Shown piece after piece: positions 12,560-26,863 of a stretch of DNA of 64,000 nucleotides. Location: positions 168,083,771 to 168,147,770 of the forward strand of contig NC_090372.1 in assembly GCF_036365525.1 (NCBI RefSeq), written 5' to 3'. Every line of letters starts with the position of its first letter. Position 1 is the stretch's first letter. The notes beneath the pieces were generated by a model that did no database searches, was not told the DNA's origin, and saw only the letters and a program-made list of their open reading frames with translations. Position numbers and translations under genes: made by a program. The stretch comes from Heterodontus francisci. Its lineage: Eukaryota.

Positions 12560-14105
12560 AAGCTATAAAAAGGGAGATTCAAAATGCTAGGGAGTATCAT
12601 AGAAAATTAGCAAAAATTACAAAAGACAATTAATAAAACACTTTCTATAGGCACAACGATAAAGTAGAGCCAAGGTAGGCTGGAGCCACTGACAGATGCA
12701 GGAATCAGGCTTATAATGTAGAGTGGGAATGGCAGATATCTAAATAAATACTTTTCCGCAGTTTTCACAGAGAAGGTGGATATTCAGATTGTAGAACCAC
12801 AAAAGGTAGGTATTAAACTGTTACTGGAAGTCATTATTCAAAGGGAAATGATACCAGAAATTTTTGCACTCAAAGATCCTGAGGGAAGCTAGTAAAAAAA
12901 TTCCAGAGACTCCAACAATAACTTTCCAACATTCTATCGAAAGTAAAATGTTTTTAGAGGACTCTTCTTCTTTGGCCTCCTTGTCTCGAGAGACAATGGG
13001 TAAGCGGCTGGAGGTGGTCAGTGGTTTGTGAAGCAGCGCCTGGAGTGACGAAAAAGGCCAATTCTAGAGTGACAGACTCTTCCACAAGTGCTGCCGATAA
13101 AATTGTTGTCGGGGTTGTTACACAGTTGGCTCTCCCCTTGCGAGGACTGGAGTGTGGCAAATATGGCATTCTTCTTCAAGAAAGCAGACATAGACAAGTC
13201 ATGAAATTATAGGCCAATTAGTTTCATTTGAGGTGTTAGACAGTGGATAAAATTGATAAGCACTTGGAAACCATGACTTAATCAGGGCCAGCTAGCATGG
13301 ATTCCTAAAGGGCAGTTCATGCTTGACCAGCCTTTTGGAAGTCTTCAAAAAAACCCAGAAAAAATAGATAAAGGAATTGAGGTGCATGTGATTTATATGG
13401 ACTTTCAAAAAGTATTTGGTAAAATACAAACAGAGGCTAATTAAGGGCATGTGGCCATATGGAGAGATTGTTGATGGGTAGGAAGAAAGGTGTAGGAGTA
13501 AAGAGGCATATCATGGACTGGAAAGATGTGGTAAGTGGTGTTTTACAGATGTTTCTGAGAGGCCCATTGTTATTTGCAACATACATAAATGATCTAGATT
13601 TACAAATTGTGGGGAAAATATTGAAATTTATTGTTGACTTCAAATTGGGGGTATGGTAAATGACAGAAAGACAGAAGTAGACTAGCTAATAGGTAGAAGA
13701 TGTACTTCTAAGTAAAAAGAATGATGTAATGTTTTGGAAGTAATAATGGGGACAGAAGTTACAAATCTTCAAGATTATAAAGGGTTATGATAAGATAAAT
13801 AGTGATAAATTGTTTCTACTGGTTGGTGAATAGTAACAAGAGGGCACAAACAAAATCATCATCATAAACAAGAAAATTAAAGGTTAGGAAATCTCATTTG
13901 ACAGAGAGTGATTAGAGTGTGAAATTCTCTGCCAGAACTTTGCTGAAGCAGAATCCACAAATTATTTCAGAAAGGAGATAGTTGTTTCTAAAGGAGGACT
14001 ATTAAACGATACAAGGAGTGAGCAGGAGAGAAAACACTGGTACAGACTTGGTGAGTTGAATGCTGGTTTCTGTTTGCATGCTCGATTATTCTATGATTCT
14101 ATGAT
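12560..14105 (+). mobile_element. Old degenerate CR1 LINE ORF2 plus tail
   Basis: Remnants of EDW.VAN, NYRPISF, IYMDFQKVF, WKDVVSGV...GPLLFATYINDLD; (tatgattc) tail ~14090-14105. Confidence 0.8.
12964..13141 (-). mobile_element. Short retroposon 3' fragment (RTE-like) inserted in the CR1
   Basis: 7-bp TSD GAGGACT (12957-12963 and 13142-13148); (GAA)n-type tail on the minus strand; family assignment is from memory. Confidence 0.65.
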
Positions 14106-14424
14106 TGTACTTGAGTTCCCCTGTAAGGTGCAAGGTACCATGTAAGCGGCTGAACTGTTATAAGTCTTCCATGTAATGTATTCAACTCACTGAAAATCTT
14201 TGCACACTTCTTTACTGTAATTAGAAAACATAGAGGGGAGAAAGCACTAACAAACTATTCAGCTGTGTTTCTTGCTGCTCTAAGGATTCCTAACCCATTA
14301 TATATTAATTGACAAGCATTAGCAAAAGTAGGGGGAAAGGCAGATTTTTGCTTAAGTCTTGGGTCATTAAATAGGAACTGATACTATATTCAGCAGCTGT
14401 AATCGAAGCGGGCAAAGTTAGTAT

Positions 14425-14590
14425 GAGAAACATAGGAACAGGAGCAGGCCATTTAACTCCTCGAGTCTGTTCCACCCTCCAATGAGATCATGGCTGATCT
14501 GCAACCTAACACCTTTGTCATGCATCTTCTTATATCATTGGCTAACAAAAATCTATCAATCTTAGCTTTAAAATTAACAATTTATCTTAC
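14425..14590 (-). mobile_element. CR1 3' tail fragment
   Basis: ggagcaggccatttaactcctcgagtctgttcc...atcatggctgatc is the reverse complement of the CR1 tail. Confidence 0.75.
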
Positions 14591-14804
14591 AATTATTATA
14601 TTTATAATGTTATAGTTATTATAAATAAATCTATACATTTAGTTATAAGTAACTTTTATTATTTGTTTCATGGGATGTGGGCGAGGCTGCCTCGGCCAGC
14701 ATTTGTTGCCCATCCCTAATTGCCCTTGAAAAGGTGGTGATGATTAGCTCATTGAGAAGGATTAAACGATTCTTGATAGTGATTGGCTGCTAGTTTTTCA
14801 TGAC

Positions 14805-14970
14805 TGGTAATAAAAATAAAATGGTGGACGTGCACAGCAGGTCAGTCAGCGCCAGTAAAGGCAAAGAGCAGGTTATATCATTTCAGACTGATCAAGGGTA
14901 TGCTCAAAACGTCAGAACTTTCCTCTCTGGTTACAGATGTTGACCGATCCTGCACTTTTGGTTTTTTTTC
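14805..14970. mobile_element. Very degenerate inverted copy of the Penelope-like repeat
   Basis: cacagcaggtcagtcagc.. / ctgatcaagggtatgctcaaaacgtc..cagatgttgaccgatcctgc. Confidence 0.5.
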
Positions 14971-15280
14971 AACCCTTGTGTTTACTGATCAGAAAAAAAC
15001 ATATTTTGATTTTGTGTATATATATGAAAGGAATTTTGGCCACTTACGGGAAATTTTTCTCTGATCACTTTGTGTTAGTGAAATCATAAACATGGCGGGA
15101 AGGTGCCCTATGATTGTTATTTCTAAATTTTGTTAGAATCACCAAAGACAAAAAATGTTTCCCATTTTGTTTATGATGTTAACACAAAGCAACCACGAGA
15201 AATTTTACCCCAGTTGTTTTGTGAATACAATCTTTATTAAAGGTATTTTTAAAATTTTAAAATGATGTTTAAAATTCTTG

Positions 15281-15414
15281 AACTGATGAAAGGTCACTGA
15301 CCTGAAACGTTAACTCTGCTTCTCTTTCCACAGATGCTGCCAGACCTGCTGAGTATTTCCAGCAATTTTTGTTTTTATTTCAGATTTCCAGCATCTGCAG
15401 TATTTTGCTTTTAT
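15281..15414 (+). mobile_element. Penelope-like short repeat with hammerhead core, 5'-truncated, 13-bp TSD
   Basis: CTGATGA-A-AGGTC-ACT-GACCT-GAAAC-GTT-AACT at 15283-15315; TSD TTTAAAATTCTTG at 15268-15280 and 15415-15427. Confidence 0.85.
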
Positions 15415-17631
15415 TTTAAAATTCTTGTACCTTCTTTGATACTTATCACCGCGTTAGCATATCTCTTATTCCATTTTTGGTCTTACAGAGTTCATCATCC
15501 TGGCAAATTTACAAACCAGCAACTCCACTGCGATATATTTTGTGTAACTTCACACAAAATGAAGAAACACAAACATTGCACTTCCCTTTACTACCTAGTA
15601 AGGATATTTTGAAGTTATAGAAATAACATGTGGTTTTTGCATTAAATTATAAATTAAATAAAACCAGCCCGTGATAGCCACGCTAAATACGCTTAAATGC
15701 ATTTAACAGGCCCGCGGGAAATTCATCTGAATTGCAGATTTAACAGTATTTTCTTCATTTTCTGCCTGCTTGTGTAAAGTTGAGAAGTTTGTTACTTGTT
15801 TGAATGCAGTGTTCATACTTATGTGAAAAGTATTGTTGACTACAAGTAATACACGTTTTAATTAATAAATATTGCTCTAGTGAAGGGCCGACGCAGACAG
15901 GGTGGCCTCCCTTTGTGTGGGAAACCTCTATGGTTCCATATACTTTTTAAACTACACGTGAGTCCTTGTTTCAGATTCGTTGGCATTTAAGAGAAAGGAT
16001 GACGAATTTCAACATGTTGAATGGCAGCGATTGCCTTTGCTGCGCCAAATTAATCCATCAGCTGCGTCGTATACTAAACCTTCCCATTTTGTTTTGAAGA
16101 TTACTTTTAAATTCTTTATTTTCATCGGAGAATATGTATTTGGCAGTTTTAAATTCGGTTCTGCAGTTGAAAACGGCAACAAAATTGTATTGCTTTAATA
16201 CGCAAACTTAGAATGTAAAACGTTCTCATTTTAACCCCATCGGGCTCATAATTCTGTTAATAATTGCATTATAAACTTGTAAAAGTATGAACAGTGCTTT
16301 CACGAGGGTCAAATGCTCGGAATGTGCAGAGGGCTGCTGCCATGTAGAGCAGTATTGTGCGGTGTTAACTCCAACCCTTAAAGGTTACCATGCCCACTGA
16401 TCCTATCACGAAAGGACGCTGCTAATTTCCACTGCAGCTGAAACAGCTGTACCGGTGTTCAATTTCTTTATTTTTATATAAAACACGAATAAATACTTAC
16501 TGGAGAGAAATTATAATTATATATCTGAGTTGCACTTCACGGCAACTCTACAGTTCGTGCAGATTCTAAGTTGTTTAAAATTATCAAAGTATTGATTTTC
16601 ATAGAAGACATTTATCTGTTATATTAAAGATTCTTAGTAAGGTTCCGCAAGCCTGTAAAATATGAGGCTTCTTTCCTAAAAAGGAATAGGGCTGTAAATC
16701 GCAAGCTGTTTTCCGTAATTACCGATCAGACACATTTCGGTTATTTTCTTTCGACTTTATTCGCGGCTCGACGTTTATTGTAATCTTAGATTAATGTTTT
16801 TTTCATTCTAAAAATGACACTGCTCATAAGAATTTTGGAATAGGAGCTTTACAAATGCCGTTGTGAGCTGTAAATCTGTTTTAAGGCTGTCAACAGAATT
16901 GTAGTTAATAAATAATCTATTAAATTAGGATATTTAAAGCTTTTGATACTGTGTTTTCATTGATAGACCAGATTATAACAAGCAGAATTTGTGTAAATTT
17001 GATATTGTGATTTTAAAATTAGACCTATGTTGGTCAGCAGAAGACGCAGAGAAACTGATAGCTCGGCAAATATGCCAGCTTGGAAAGGGTTAAATTGTCG
17101 CCAGTGTATTGCAGCCATCTCTCTACAGTTCCTCTTCTCTCCGGAGCGGGGTGCTGCAGGTTTGCTCTCCCAAAAAAACATGCAATTAGACTTCTCACGA
17201 GTGTGTTTATTTAAACGGTTCTGCGATTTGGAGCGATATAACACAGCAAACAAAAAGGGCCGAGGGTGGGTGGTAAGTGGGGAGAGGATCCACTAATGAT
17301 GATTGGCGAGAACCACGGTACAAAACCACTTTTATTTTTGAAACCGTTTCGAAAAACCAAATTAGTTGTGTCGAAACGTGTTTACAAGTCAACCAGATGC
17401 AGGTCATGCGGAGATTTCTCATCTCAAGCGGTTTGACTCTAAAACAAAACATATACAACTAGTACAAGTATCCCAGTAAACCTTCCAAATAAAATGGAAA
17501 TGTTCTGCGTCGCAGGGATTTTCCTTCTCTTCTCTTCATGCTGCCGGTCTCCGAATTTGTGAAACTATTACAGTGAGCTTCGTTTATTTCCAGCTCACAG
17601 ACGCAAGCGAAATCACAGCGATATTTACGAA

Positions 17632-17797
17632 AGCAAAACACTGCGGATGCTGGAAATCTGAAATTTGAAATAAAAGCAGAAAATGCTGGAAATACTCAGC
17701 AAGTCAGGCAGCATCTGTGGAGAGAGAAAAACAGAGTTAATGTTTCAAACAGAAGCTGCCAGACCTCCTGAGTGTTTCCAGTATTTTCTGCTTTTAT
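17632..17797. mobile_element. Inverted-arrangement copy of the Penelope-like repeat (hammerhead core deleted)
   Basis: gatgctggaaatctgaa..aatgctggaaatactcagc..gagttaatgtttc / gctgccagacctcctgagtgtttccagtattttctgcttttat. Confidence 0.8.
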
Positions 17798-20700
17798 CAC
17801 AGGGATACCTGTTAATATTCGGAGATTTCTGCATCGACTCCTGTTGTTGTTCTGCCCTGACATACCCACTACTTAGGAGGAAGAATTTGGAAGTAAAAAA
17901 AAATGGCGCTTTGGTGAATTGTGTCTTATTTTTAAATTTTCCAATGACACACTTAGTGACTTTGTGATTTCTTGTTCAGCAGCGAATCTCAATGATCTCT
18001 GACTCCCACTGATCCAGGTGACAGAATTTACTGTGACTCTTGGAAACCTATATTCCAAAAATTTCTGTCTAAAAATAAATTTTTAAAAATCCATCTTTCA
18101 ACAGTAAATCAGGAGAAAGTTAAACGTTCGCCTGTTTTATTAAGTCATAGAAAATATGGGTTACTTACACCCTTTTTAACTCCATTCACGCTGTGATTTT
18201 AAGATGGAATTAGTATAGCACAAATAACAATTATATATATATATAAAAATAACGTCTCACTTTACCATTGGAACACACTTAACTGAATGTATTTGGCAGG
18301 AACGCGTGTCCAAATCTGTCTATTTAATCTTGTTTTTCTTACTGCCCAACCCGTCAGTCTTTTAGTTTTTCGATATGTGTAATTTTGAAATAAAATTAGG
18401 GGCTGTAAAGCTGGCCTGAAATAATAATCCTACCTAATGTTCGCGTGCTTCTCCGTAATGAAACCTATTCCCCGAGGTCGGGCAGCCTAAACGTCAATCA
18501 AAGGAGCTGATTCAGAATGCCATTGTTTGTGTCCAACGTCATTGCTTTTCCTCTTATATTAACTTACAATGAAATGGCCGTCTGATCACTCATTCGTAAT
18601 GTAGGTCATTATTTTGTTAAATCCGAGAAAAAAAAGTCCCAATCTTTCAGCCAGAGATGTTGCCTGACGCTTTACAAACAGTGTTTACTCAGCACGTTTT
18701 TAGACTACTCTGGGTTTATTTAAATCCAGCCACTGGAAAGGACAATGAATGCAGACGGAAAACCCAATCGGAGCAGTATGGCACATCTCATTAAAGCAAT
18801 GCGAACCTCTGCCTTATATCAGATATTTAATTCTGTTTTCTTTAAAGGTTACAAATATGAAGAAGGTGGTGTTTTGTAAGTTCTGGTATGCTAGGAAAGA
18901 TGTGTGATTTCATTATATATCGGCTATATGGAATCATAAGGACTGGCATTTTCGGGCTACATCGGTAATGAGGGTTTTACAAACTGAATGAATATATAAG
19001 AGTTTCTCCAAATAAAAGCATGCGTTGATTCTGTTATTCAATCTATAGGACTAATACATGACTTTTTAGAGGTCGTCTTCTATTTGTGTGCAGCAAAACG
19101 GTTTGAACATCTAAATCGAGTTTTCTTCCAGTGTATCAGTTGTTACGTGTACTCTTTGTGTATTCTTATCATTCTTATCTTTGATTATCTGAGGTAGAAT
19201 CCTTGTCATGTGTTTTCGTTGCTGCTGCCTTCTCAGGAGGTTTATTAGTTTTCCAAAATAATTCATTCAAAGAAGATAAAGCCACAAGTCCAAACATACT
19301 CGCCATCTTTGGTTGTTGTCCTTTAAATAAGTTGTTAAAGGTGCCTGATCATCATGGTATTTAGAGAATTCTGAAGTTTGCTATACGCCTTTATGAAATA
19401 GCTTGTCAGGACCAGTCAAATAGTCTTCTTCTTCTGCCCTTTTCTGAATTTCGTACAGATTGCTGAAAAATAATAGTAAATAATTGAGTTAAGCTGACTG
19501 GGAATTATTTTAGAAAGGGTTGTGTATTGAAATAAGCGGGGGGACAGAGTTTTCCAAGTATCACCACTTAACTGAGGTGGAAAGTTGCTTTCTGTTACAG
19601 CTTCCTGCAGAATATCTACTACATTAATTAACTATGTATGCAGCCCACTTAAAGACAGGGTGCATGTCTTTAGGGATATGCATGTATATTGATCTATAAT
19701 ACGATAGTACGTTCATCTTTTTATTTGAAAGTAAAATCCGACAGTCAGAACAAGCAGTTGCCAGAAGTGTTTATCTTTCCTGTAGACAGATCAATATACA
19801 CAGCCACATAAAGGGGTCGTCCACGTTTAATCACAATGTGAGTATTAATACTGAAGTTGAAGGAATGTTGGCTCCTGGTCAACACGACGGCACATTTAGG
19901 CGTACCTCACAGTTCAGGTTTATTTCGAGTTTACAAAAGTTCATCGCACAACCCACTGAACCTTAAGTGCCCTTTTTCTTTCATTCATTGTGGAGTTCTG
20001 TCATTCACTCTAGATTGTGACTATGATGACAGGTATTGCTGCCCCCCACCCCACTCCACCCCACTCCACCCCCACTCCAATGTTTGCACTTCCCATTGCT
20101 AAAAATAGGTATTTACATTACTGGTTGGGAACATTTATACGGTGATAGGACTACATTAATGGAACTGGAATTATGAATATATAGAAGAAATTTTAAAATA
20201 GGCAAAAAGTTCCATGTCTTGCTCTGCAATTATATTAATTGACATTGACTACAGCGGGTTACAGGGAAAGGTCACTCCAATTTAATTTTCGGCTTTAACC
20301 TTCAATTTGAATACGCTTCTTTGCCACAAATCTCTATGCATGCAAAACAGGAAATTTTATTGCTATTTTCCTAATCCCATTTGTTGGGGTTGCCTCAGAA
20401 AACAAACGTTAACCTTTCCTTTTCTCCAAACTCCGGAGGGAATCTGTAAAGATGACTTGAGAGGCCTTGCATTTGATAAATGAAAGTGGATTCTCGTCAA
20501 ATGATTTTGCTCCTCAAATTGGCAACAGTGTTACAAAATAGTTCAGGAAACATATTCTCTTCGCCAAAATATTTTTTTCCAAAAAATGTATTTAAAATAG
20601 GAGACAGCCCAACGCAATGATTTACAACACAACTTATCATGAGTACCTATAGTAAATTAAGTTGAATAAATTCCAGTGCATTTATGTGCTTTAAAGTATT

Positions 20701-23700
20701 TTGAGTTTGGGCTCATGTCGTTCCTTACTGCAAGATATCACAATTACAACTAGCGGCTAGGGGTGGGTGGTCAGGGATAAATGTCATCTCTCTCTCTCAA
20801 AGGTTTTACCTGTGATTATTTATCCTATTCAGGATATTAATATTTCTGGCAGAGTCCACGACAGTACAAATTGTACATTATATTTGGAAAGGAGTGGACA
20901 CGGTGGGCTGAATGTCTTTTGCTCGTGCCAGTCTTTCTTTATGTTACATTTTAACAGTGCACGGGACAAACATGCACCGAGCGTACTCGAAACCAAACTG
21001 CTTGCTTTCTAATTACCCAAAAGAGAGGGAAATGCAGTTTATCTTTTGCACTGATTGAGACTATTAAAAACACATTATACCTTTTGTCTAGTTCTGTACA
21101 ATAAAAAAATTGGATCTATGGTTAGTAGTTTAACGCCAGACATGAAGTAGAAATGCAGAGTTCGTCAAAGCAGCTGTTCGGTGTAGACTCAGAACAAAGA
21201 GAAAACCAATGATGTAGATCCAGCTTGTTTATTGTAAATGCTAAGTTTCGGGGAGAGCTGATGGTGTCTCTTAAATCTATAATTGTGGATGATATTTAGA
21301 TCCCCTATTTTTTGCAATACAAAAGAGTATTTTAACATATAGGCGAACACGCAGTTCTAACCTTTGGACCGTTCACAAACTGTGAGCATCAGTCGTAAAT
21401 GAGATTATTCCTGCCACATCTAGCACAAATGATAGGTGCATAAAATCGTTTTTCGTCCTCAGCGTAGAACAATTTAATCCCCTCATTTTTCCTTGGATAC
21501 GATAGTCGTGTTATTGGTTAGAAACTGGTAACTAGCGACTACAAAACCCATAAGATTGATGGCAACATATTTTAAAGTGAAAATTAATTTGAACTTCTGT
21601 ATTTCTATCTAGGTCTTTATTTCAATATGTACCTGTGCTATATTGTTTGTAAAAGGTAAATTGCGCATAGAATAATGCTACCATGCAATACAAAAATAAT
21701 TGCTAGGTTTTGACAAATTACTGAAAATATACAGCGTAGTTGTAAACTCACAAATCTGCATATTGTAAAACAAAATGTCAAATCTAAAAGTTTAAAGCAT
21801 AAAGGCGAATGATGATACAATTTTACATACACATAACATTGGTACAACGCAATTAATGTTCAATGGGGGAAGCTCCATGTAGTAATATAAAATAATCACA
21901 AACTGTGTAATTTACTTGTTTTTAACCGGAATCTCCTCGGATTCTGCCGATAACTTTCCAATTCATTGGAAGGTCTTTCTTGTGTTCTCTTTGCTGTGAT
22001 TAAAACCCCTCCCCCCCTCACCCCGTCCCCCTTGATACCCCTTTCTTGTTTTCATGGCTTTAAAAGCAGCTGATGTTTTATTACTATAGTTTAATTAGTT
22101 TTTGAGAATCCTTAAAAAGTAATATAACCTTTATTTTAGAGATGTATAACCTGCATTTTGTTTTGATAGAATTTTAAATATGCATGGCAATTGATTTCTT
22201 TGCTGCTGTGTGGTTTTTACTTTACGTTTAGCGGGTAGCTCGAAAGCAAATTACCTATATGACCGATATAATTTTTAATGACTTCATATTTGCAGATAGC
22301 TTTTCGGTTTAAACTCAGAAATTAGATTTTATGTCGTTGGTCTTATTTCTCGAAAGACATAACCAAGAGCCAATGTACTACTTCTAACTGAGATGTAATA
22401 GAACTAACACACAATGCAGAGTTTATAGTAGATAAAGCTAATGTAGATTATTGCGGAAAAATCTGACAATTACAGAGAAAGACTGAACGTCTTTTGATTG
22501 CTTTCACCGGACTAAATCACATGATTTTATGTTTTTTTAAACTCACATTTCATTAAAGAAAGAAAAAAGTTGTAATTCTACAATTAATTCAACCTTGGAC
22601 ATTTCCAGTAGACCTGTTTTCCTCTCCGAGTAGGATGCCAATCATTCAAACTTTCTATCGACTGTTACCGAAAATTGGCACCGATAAGATCGAACAGATC
22701 GTTAAAGGGTTTGTTTAGAGATCCGGTCCTAGCAGATTTCTGAACGGTTTCGTTTATCTTTTATTGAAAATTGGTCTACCTGTTCAATTGCACCAAGCAA
22801 GTCAGCAGTCATCCCTTTACAGTAAAACAGAAGTTTCCGTGAGTAAAGACAACAAACTGGTACAGAAGCAAGGGGTGCTGAGTGATTAAACACGACAAAC
22901 TGCAATATTTTTCTCACGCCTAAAACGGATGTTTCATGATGACCTGCACCATTTTACAGAAACAATTGCCTTCCTTCAACTAAAGAATGTAATGGTTTTG
23001 CCAAAGTCGGGAACTGCATATTATACGTTAATTGTGAGCCGTCTAATCAACTGATGGTTCCAATAAACACGTTTTCAGGTTCCGCAGAGGACATTTTAAG
23101 ATAGGAAGGAGCATTCCAACTTTTCCTGACAGATTCACCTTGTCCCTGTGTCCTCTTGTAGCAGAGTCACAAGCAAGTAGTTAAAATATAAATCTTGTTT
23201 GAATGCGTGTATTATAAAACATAGTAATACGACCAAATTATTGATTTTATTGAAATCTCATTGTTTAATCATCAGCACAATTTGTATGTTTTATAGTACG
23301 TATATCTATATTACATTACCTTAAAAAACATTCAAAGGCAAAACATGACTACAGCATAAGTAGTGCGGGTAAAGGCCGCTGAACGTAAAGAATTAACACG
23401 CCTCCACTTTTGGAAAATATCCCGACCCCACGTGTCACTAGCGTCTGTTCCCCTGCTGGGTCCTTTGCTGTCTCTGGGAATACCGATCGCAAATTAATGA
23501 AACTGGCCTGTTTGTTCTCAAAATTGGAGTTTTAAAAACACTATAAATTTAATCTGCGAATACTTGAGGCTCCAAGCTGCCTCTCAAAACTAAGACAGTA
23601 AAGGAGTGGTGTTAAAGATTAAACCGTGAGATTCTAATAAAATCGATAATTTGATAGTACAACGATTTTCCTGATTGATTGTGAAATGCTTCACAAACAT

Positions 23701-26700
23701 TCATTGATGGATTGTTTCTGAATCCGTAAACAATATGTTTAGTAGGTCCTCTGTATAACATGAATTTTCCATATTCCATGAGTAAACAGAAACTTCACAA
23801 AATACCAAAATCCAATCAAGAAATGTTCTACTAAGATAAGCAGTAATCTGTATTCAATCATTTGATTCTGTCGATTTTTTCTGGGCAAGATGTGTGAGCA
23901 TGCAGGGTTATCTCTGCCTTCTGACTTGAAATCCAAGACGGGCTCATTCTACTCTGAAGAAAGGACGTGATGACACAAATAGTCATTTAAAATAAAATTC
24001 AGTTTACAGATTGTTGTGTGTAAATTTGATAATTTATAAGATTATACCACCAGTAGTGTAATTTTAACAGGTTCTGGCAACAGTGTATTTTTTTGTTGTT
24101 TTCATTGCAAATATAACGTTTTGGCAATGTTTGTTAAGGATAACACCCAGCGAATCTGTGCACCTAATTTTTTTTTTGTGAACAGGTCGCCCAGTTTGCA
24201 TTTTGGATTCCTGTGTCTTTAAGGCACGCTACCACAAGCATTTACTGTCTCTTGATTGCAGCAATGACCAGGTTAGCCCATAAACCTTTTCACAACTAAC
24301 AATAGGGATTCTCAACAATTAACAAGAAACAACATAATAAAGTCGTTTACAAAGAGCTGACTATTTACGATAAATTATCCAGTCTTTAGGAGAGCAGTGC
24401 GTAATTTCACACGCTTTGTAAGTAAACTGGGTTTCAGCGGGCGCACACGCCGTCACCCCATCTCTTATTTTTAACCAAACTCCATCCACAACATTCTGAT
24501 GCTATACTTTTAAAAATCAAAAAGTATCATTGTTTCAAAAATGTTTCAGCAGATCGAAATGTATTTTATGATATAGTTCATCTCATTTAGACTTCTAATC
24601 AAGCTTTTATTTTAATTATAATGCCTATAATTATGACGATGGAAACCTATTTGAAGATTAAAAATGTGGATTTGAAACGTAAAGATGTAAAGTTTTTTAA
24701 TCGGCGTTATTAACTGTCGAATTTAATTAACTCCGATCAGAAGGAATGTTGATACTTAGATTTTGTTTAATTTGATCTATTTTGGGGTGCTCTTGGAACA
24801 GCAAGCTAACAACACAAAAGAAAACTGGACAACCCTGTTTAACAGCGAAATTAACATGTGAACTGCAGGAAAGAGAGGGCAATTTGCTAACCACACACAG
24901 ATTCGCCATCTTTAATGGAGTTTAATTCCAGTTTATTCCTTAGCATGCTGCTGCTTAATATTGTGGAGGAAAATGTCAGAGGAGCGTATGTTATAAATCA
25001 CACTAAAAGGAAGATCTGTTCCGCCTAAACTAATGAGGTAGTCACAATTTCAGTAAACACTAGTTCTAACTGAATAACAACAAAGACCTTGGGATCAGTG
25101 GAGCAATATGGCGGAAATTTTAAGCATTTCCTACAGGATATAAGATATCCACTACTGTTGTTTTGTTTATTTCAACAGCTTGTTTAAGATAATTATCATT
25201 ATTTGAACCCAGATATATATATATATATACATATAATTATGTGTGTGTGTGTATATATATATATCATTATATGAAAGACAAACCTTTACGTTAACGTGTA
25301 AGCCCTTCAACTAACCAGCTAAACAATGTAGCCCATTCAGTATATTTGCCGTGGAACGTAGGCATTTGCAGTTTCGCAGATCATACCAGTTTAGTAACTA
25401 TAAAATAAGTGGCACTGACTCTGAAAATGGCCTTTGTTTGCAAACACAGCTGTTGCAATCTTTACATTGCAAACTAAGGTATGCGCAGCAGAGAATTAAA
25501 TACGAAGGATGGTGTGAGGAGAAACCCAAGCATCTGGAGAGGCAAGCGGCCTTGTTTTGAAACTGTCAGTCCACTAAACCCCTATTGTGAGAGCCTCATG
25601 CAAAAATTTACCAGCCTTTACTGCATCAATTTCAGGCTGCCTCAAAGTTAAAACAGAGCTAAAACAAAGATGAAACATGTTAAAACAGACCAAAAATGCA
25701 TTATCAGAACAACATGAAAAACATTTTATAACGTAGAAGAGGAAAACAATAATGATTTTAACATTTTTGAAAAAGATCGAGATCATTCATTACAACCGTG
25801 TGAATTCAATGTTCATACAAGATTGTTGCTGTTTTAACATTAAAATGCATTCAACTACATCACCTACATGAATATACTTAAAGTATTGTTTGACCTTCTG
25901 AACAACTCTTTACAAACGTAGGGATACCTGCTTTCCATTAAATTATAGCTGCCTAATAAATAATTACTAAGTGTGTATGGAAAATAATGGAAAATGAAGC
26001 AGTTTTGCTGAAAGTAACATTTGCAGTATGGTTTTTCCATAGCTAATTTTACAGTATTTCAAATGGGTTTTAATCAGTTCTTGACCAATGAGAACACCCT
26101 TTTTAAAACCAAGACTCTTAGGATAAATCATTGCAATATAGACTGCTAATAAGTCACATATGTCAACAATGGCAAAGTGCTCTACAGTTAGCAGCACATT
26201 AACTTAAATAAGCAATGTGTCATGCGTTTTTGTTGGTTGAAAATTTCACTCTATTTATGTACATGGATTAGGAATAAGATGGCTGTGGATTACAATAACA
26301 TATAGTAAAAGTTCCGGCTTTACGCATCATAGTAAAACGTTTCTAAAAACATGTACATTAATGGAGTATGAGAAGCATAAAGGATAGTATTGAAAGCTGA
26401 AATTACCCACTGTCTGGTTCGAATATCGAGTGACCTTGGGAGATATAACAAGGGAATGGTCTGTGGTGATAGGGGGATTCGAAGTGATATCCACTGACAC
26501 TGCTAACAGCATATGTACTTTTATTCTGTACGTTCTGATTCATCATTTATGTAACAATTCTATAAATATTTGAATGTAAGCCACGAGAGTACATAAAAAG
26601 ATGTAAAGAAGATAGTGACAATAAGAGAACTTTAATTTTATGTTTGTTATTCACGTAGTTGTTCCTTTTGTAATTCTCTCATTTGCCAAACCTGGTTATG

Positions 26701-26863
26701 CATCCTGAAAAATAAATTTAGAAACACCAGCGTTCTTTTCTCATTACACCTTTCCAGAGACCTAGACACTTATGTGTATGCAAAGCACGAATGTAACATA
26801 TTTTCTAAATCGTTAATTTCTTAGTATTTCCCTTTGATTCAGTTTTACAAAGTTTACAATTTC

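Noticed and set aside
15048-15210. Possible small MITE (GGGAAATTTTTCTC ... GAGAAATTTTACCC)
   Set aside because: TIR match is short and AT-rich with no clear TSD; insufficient support
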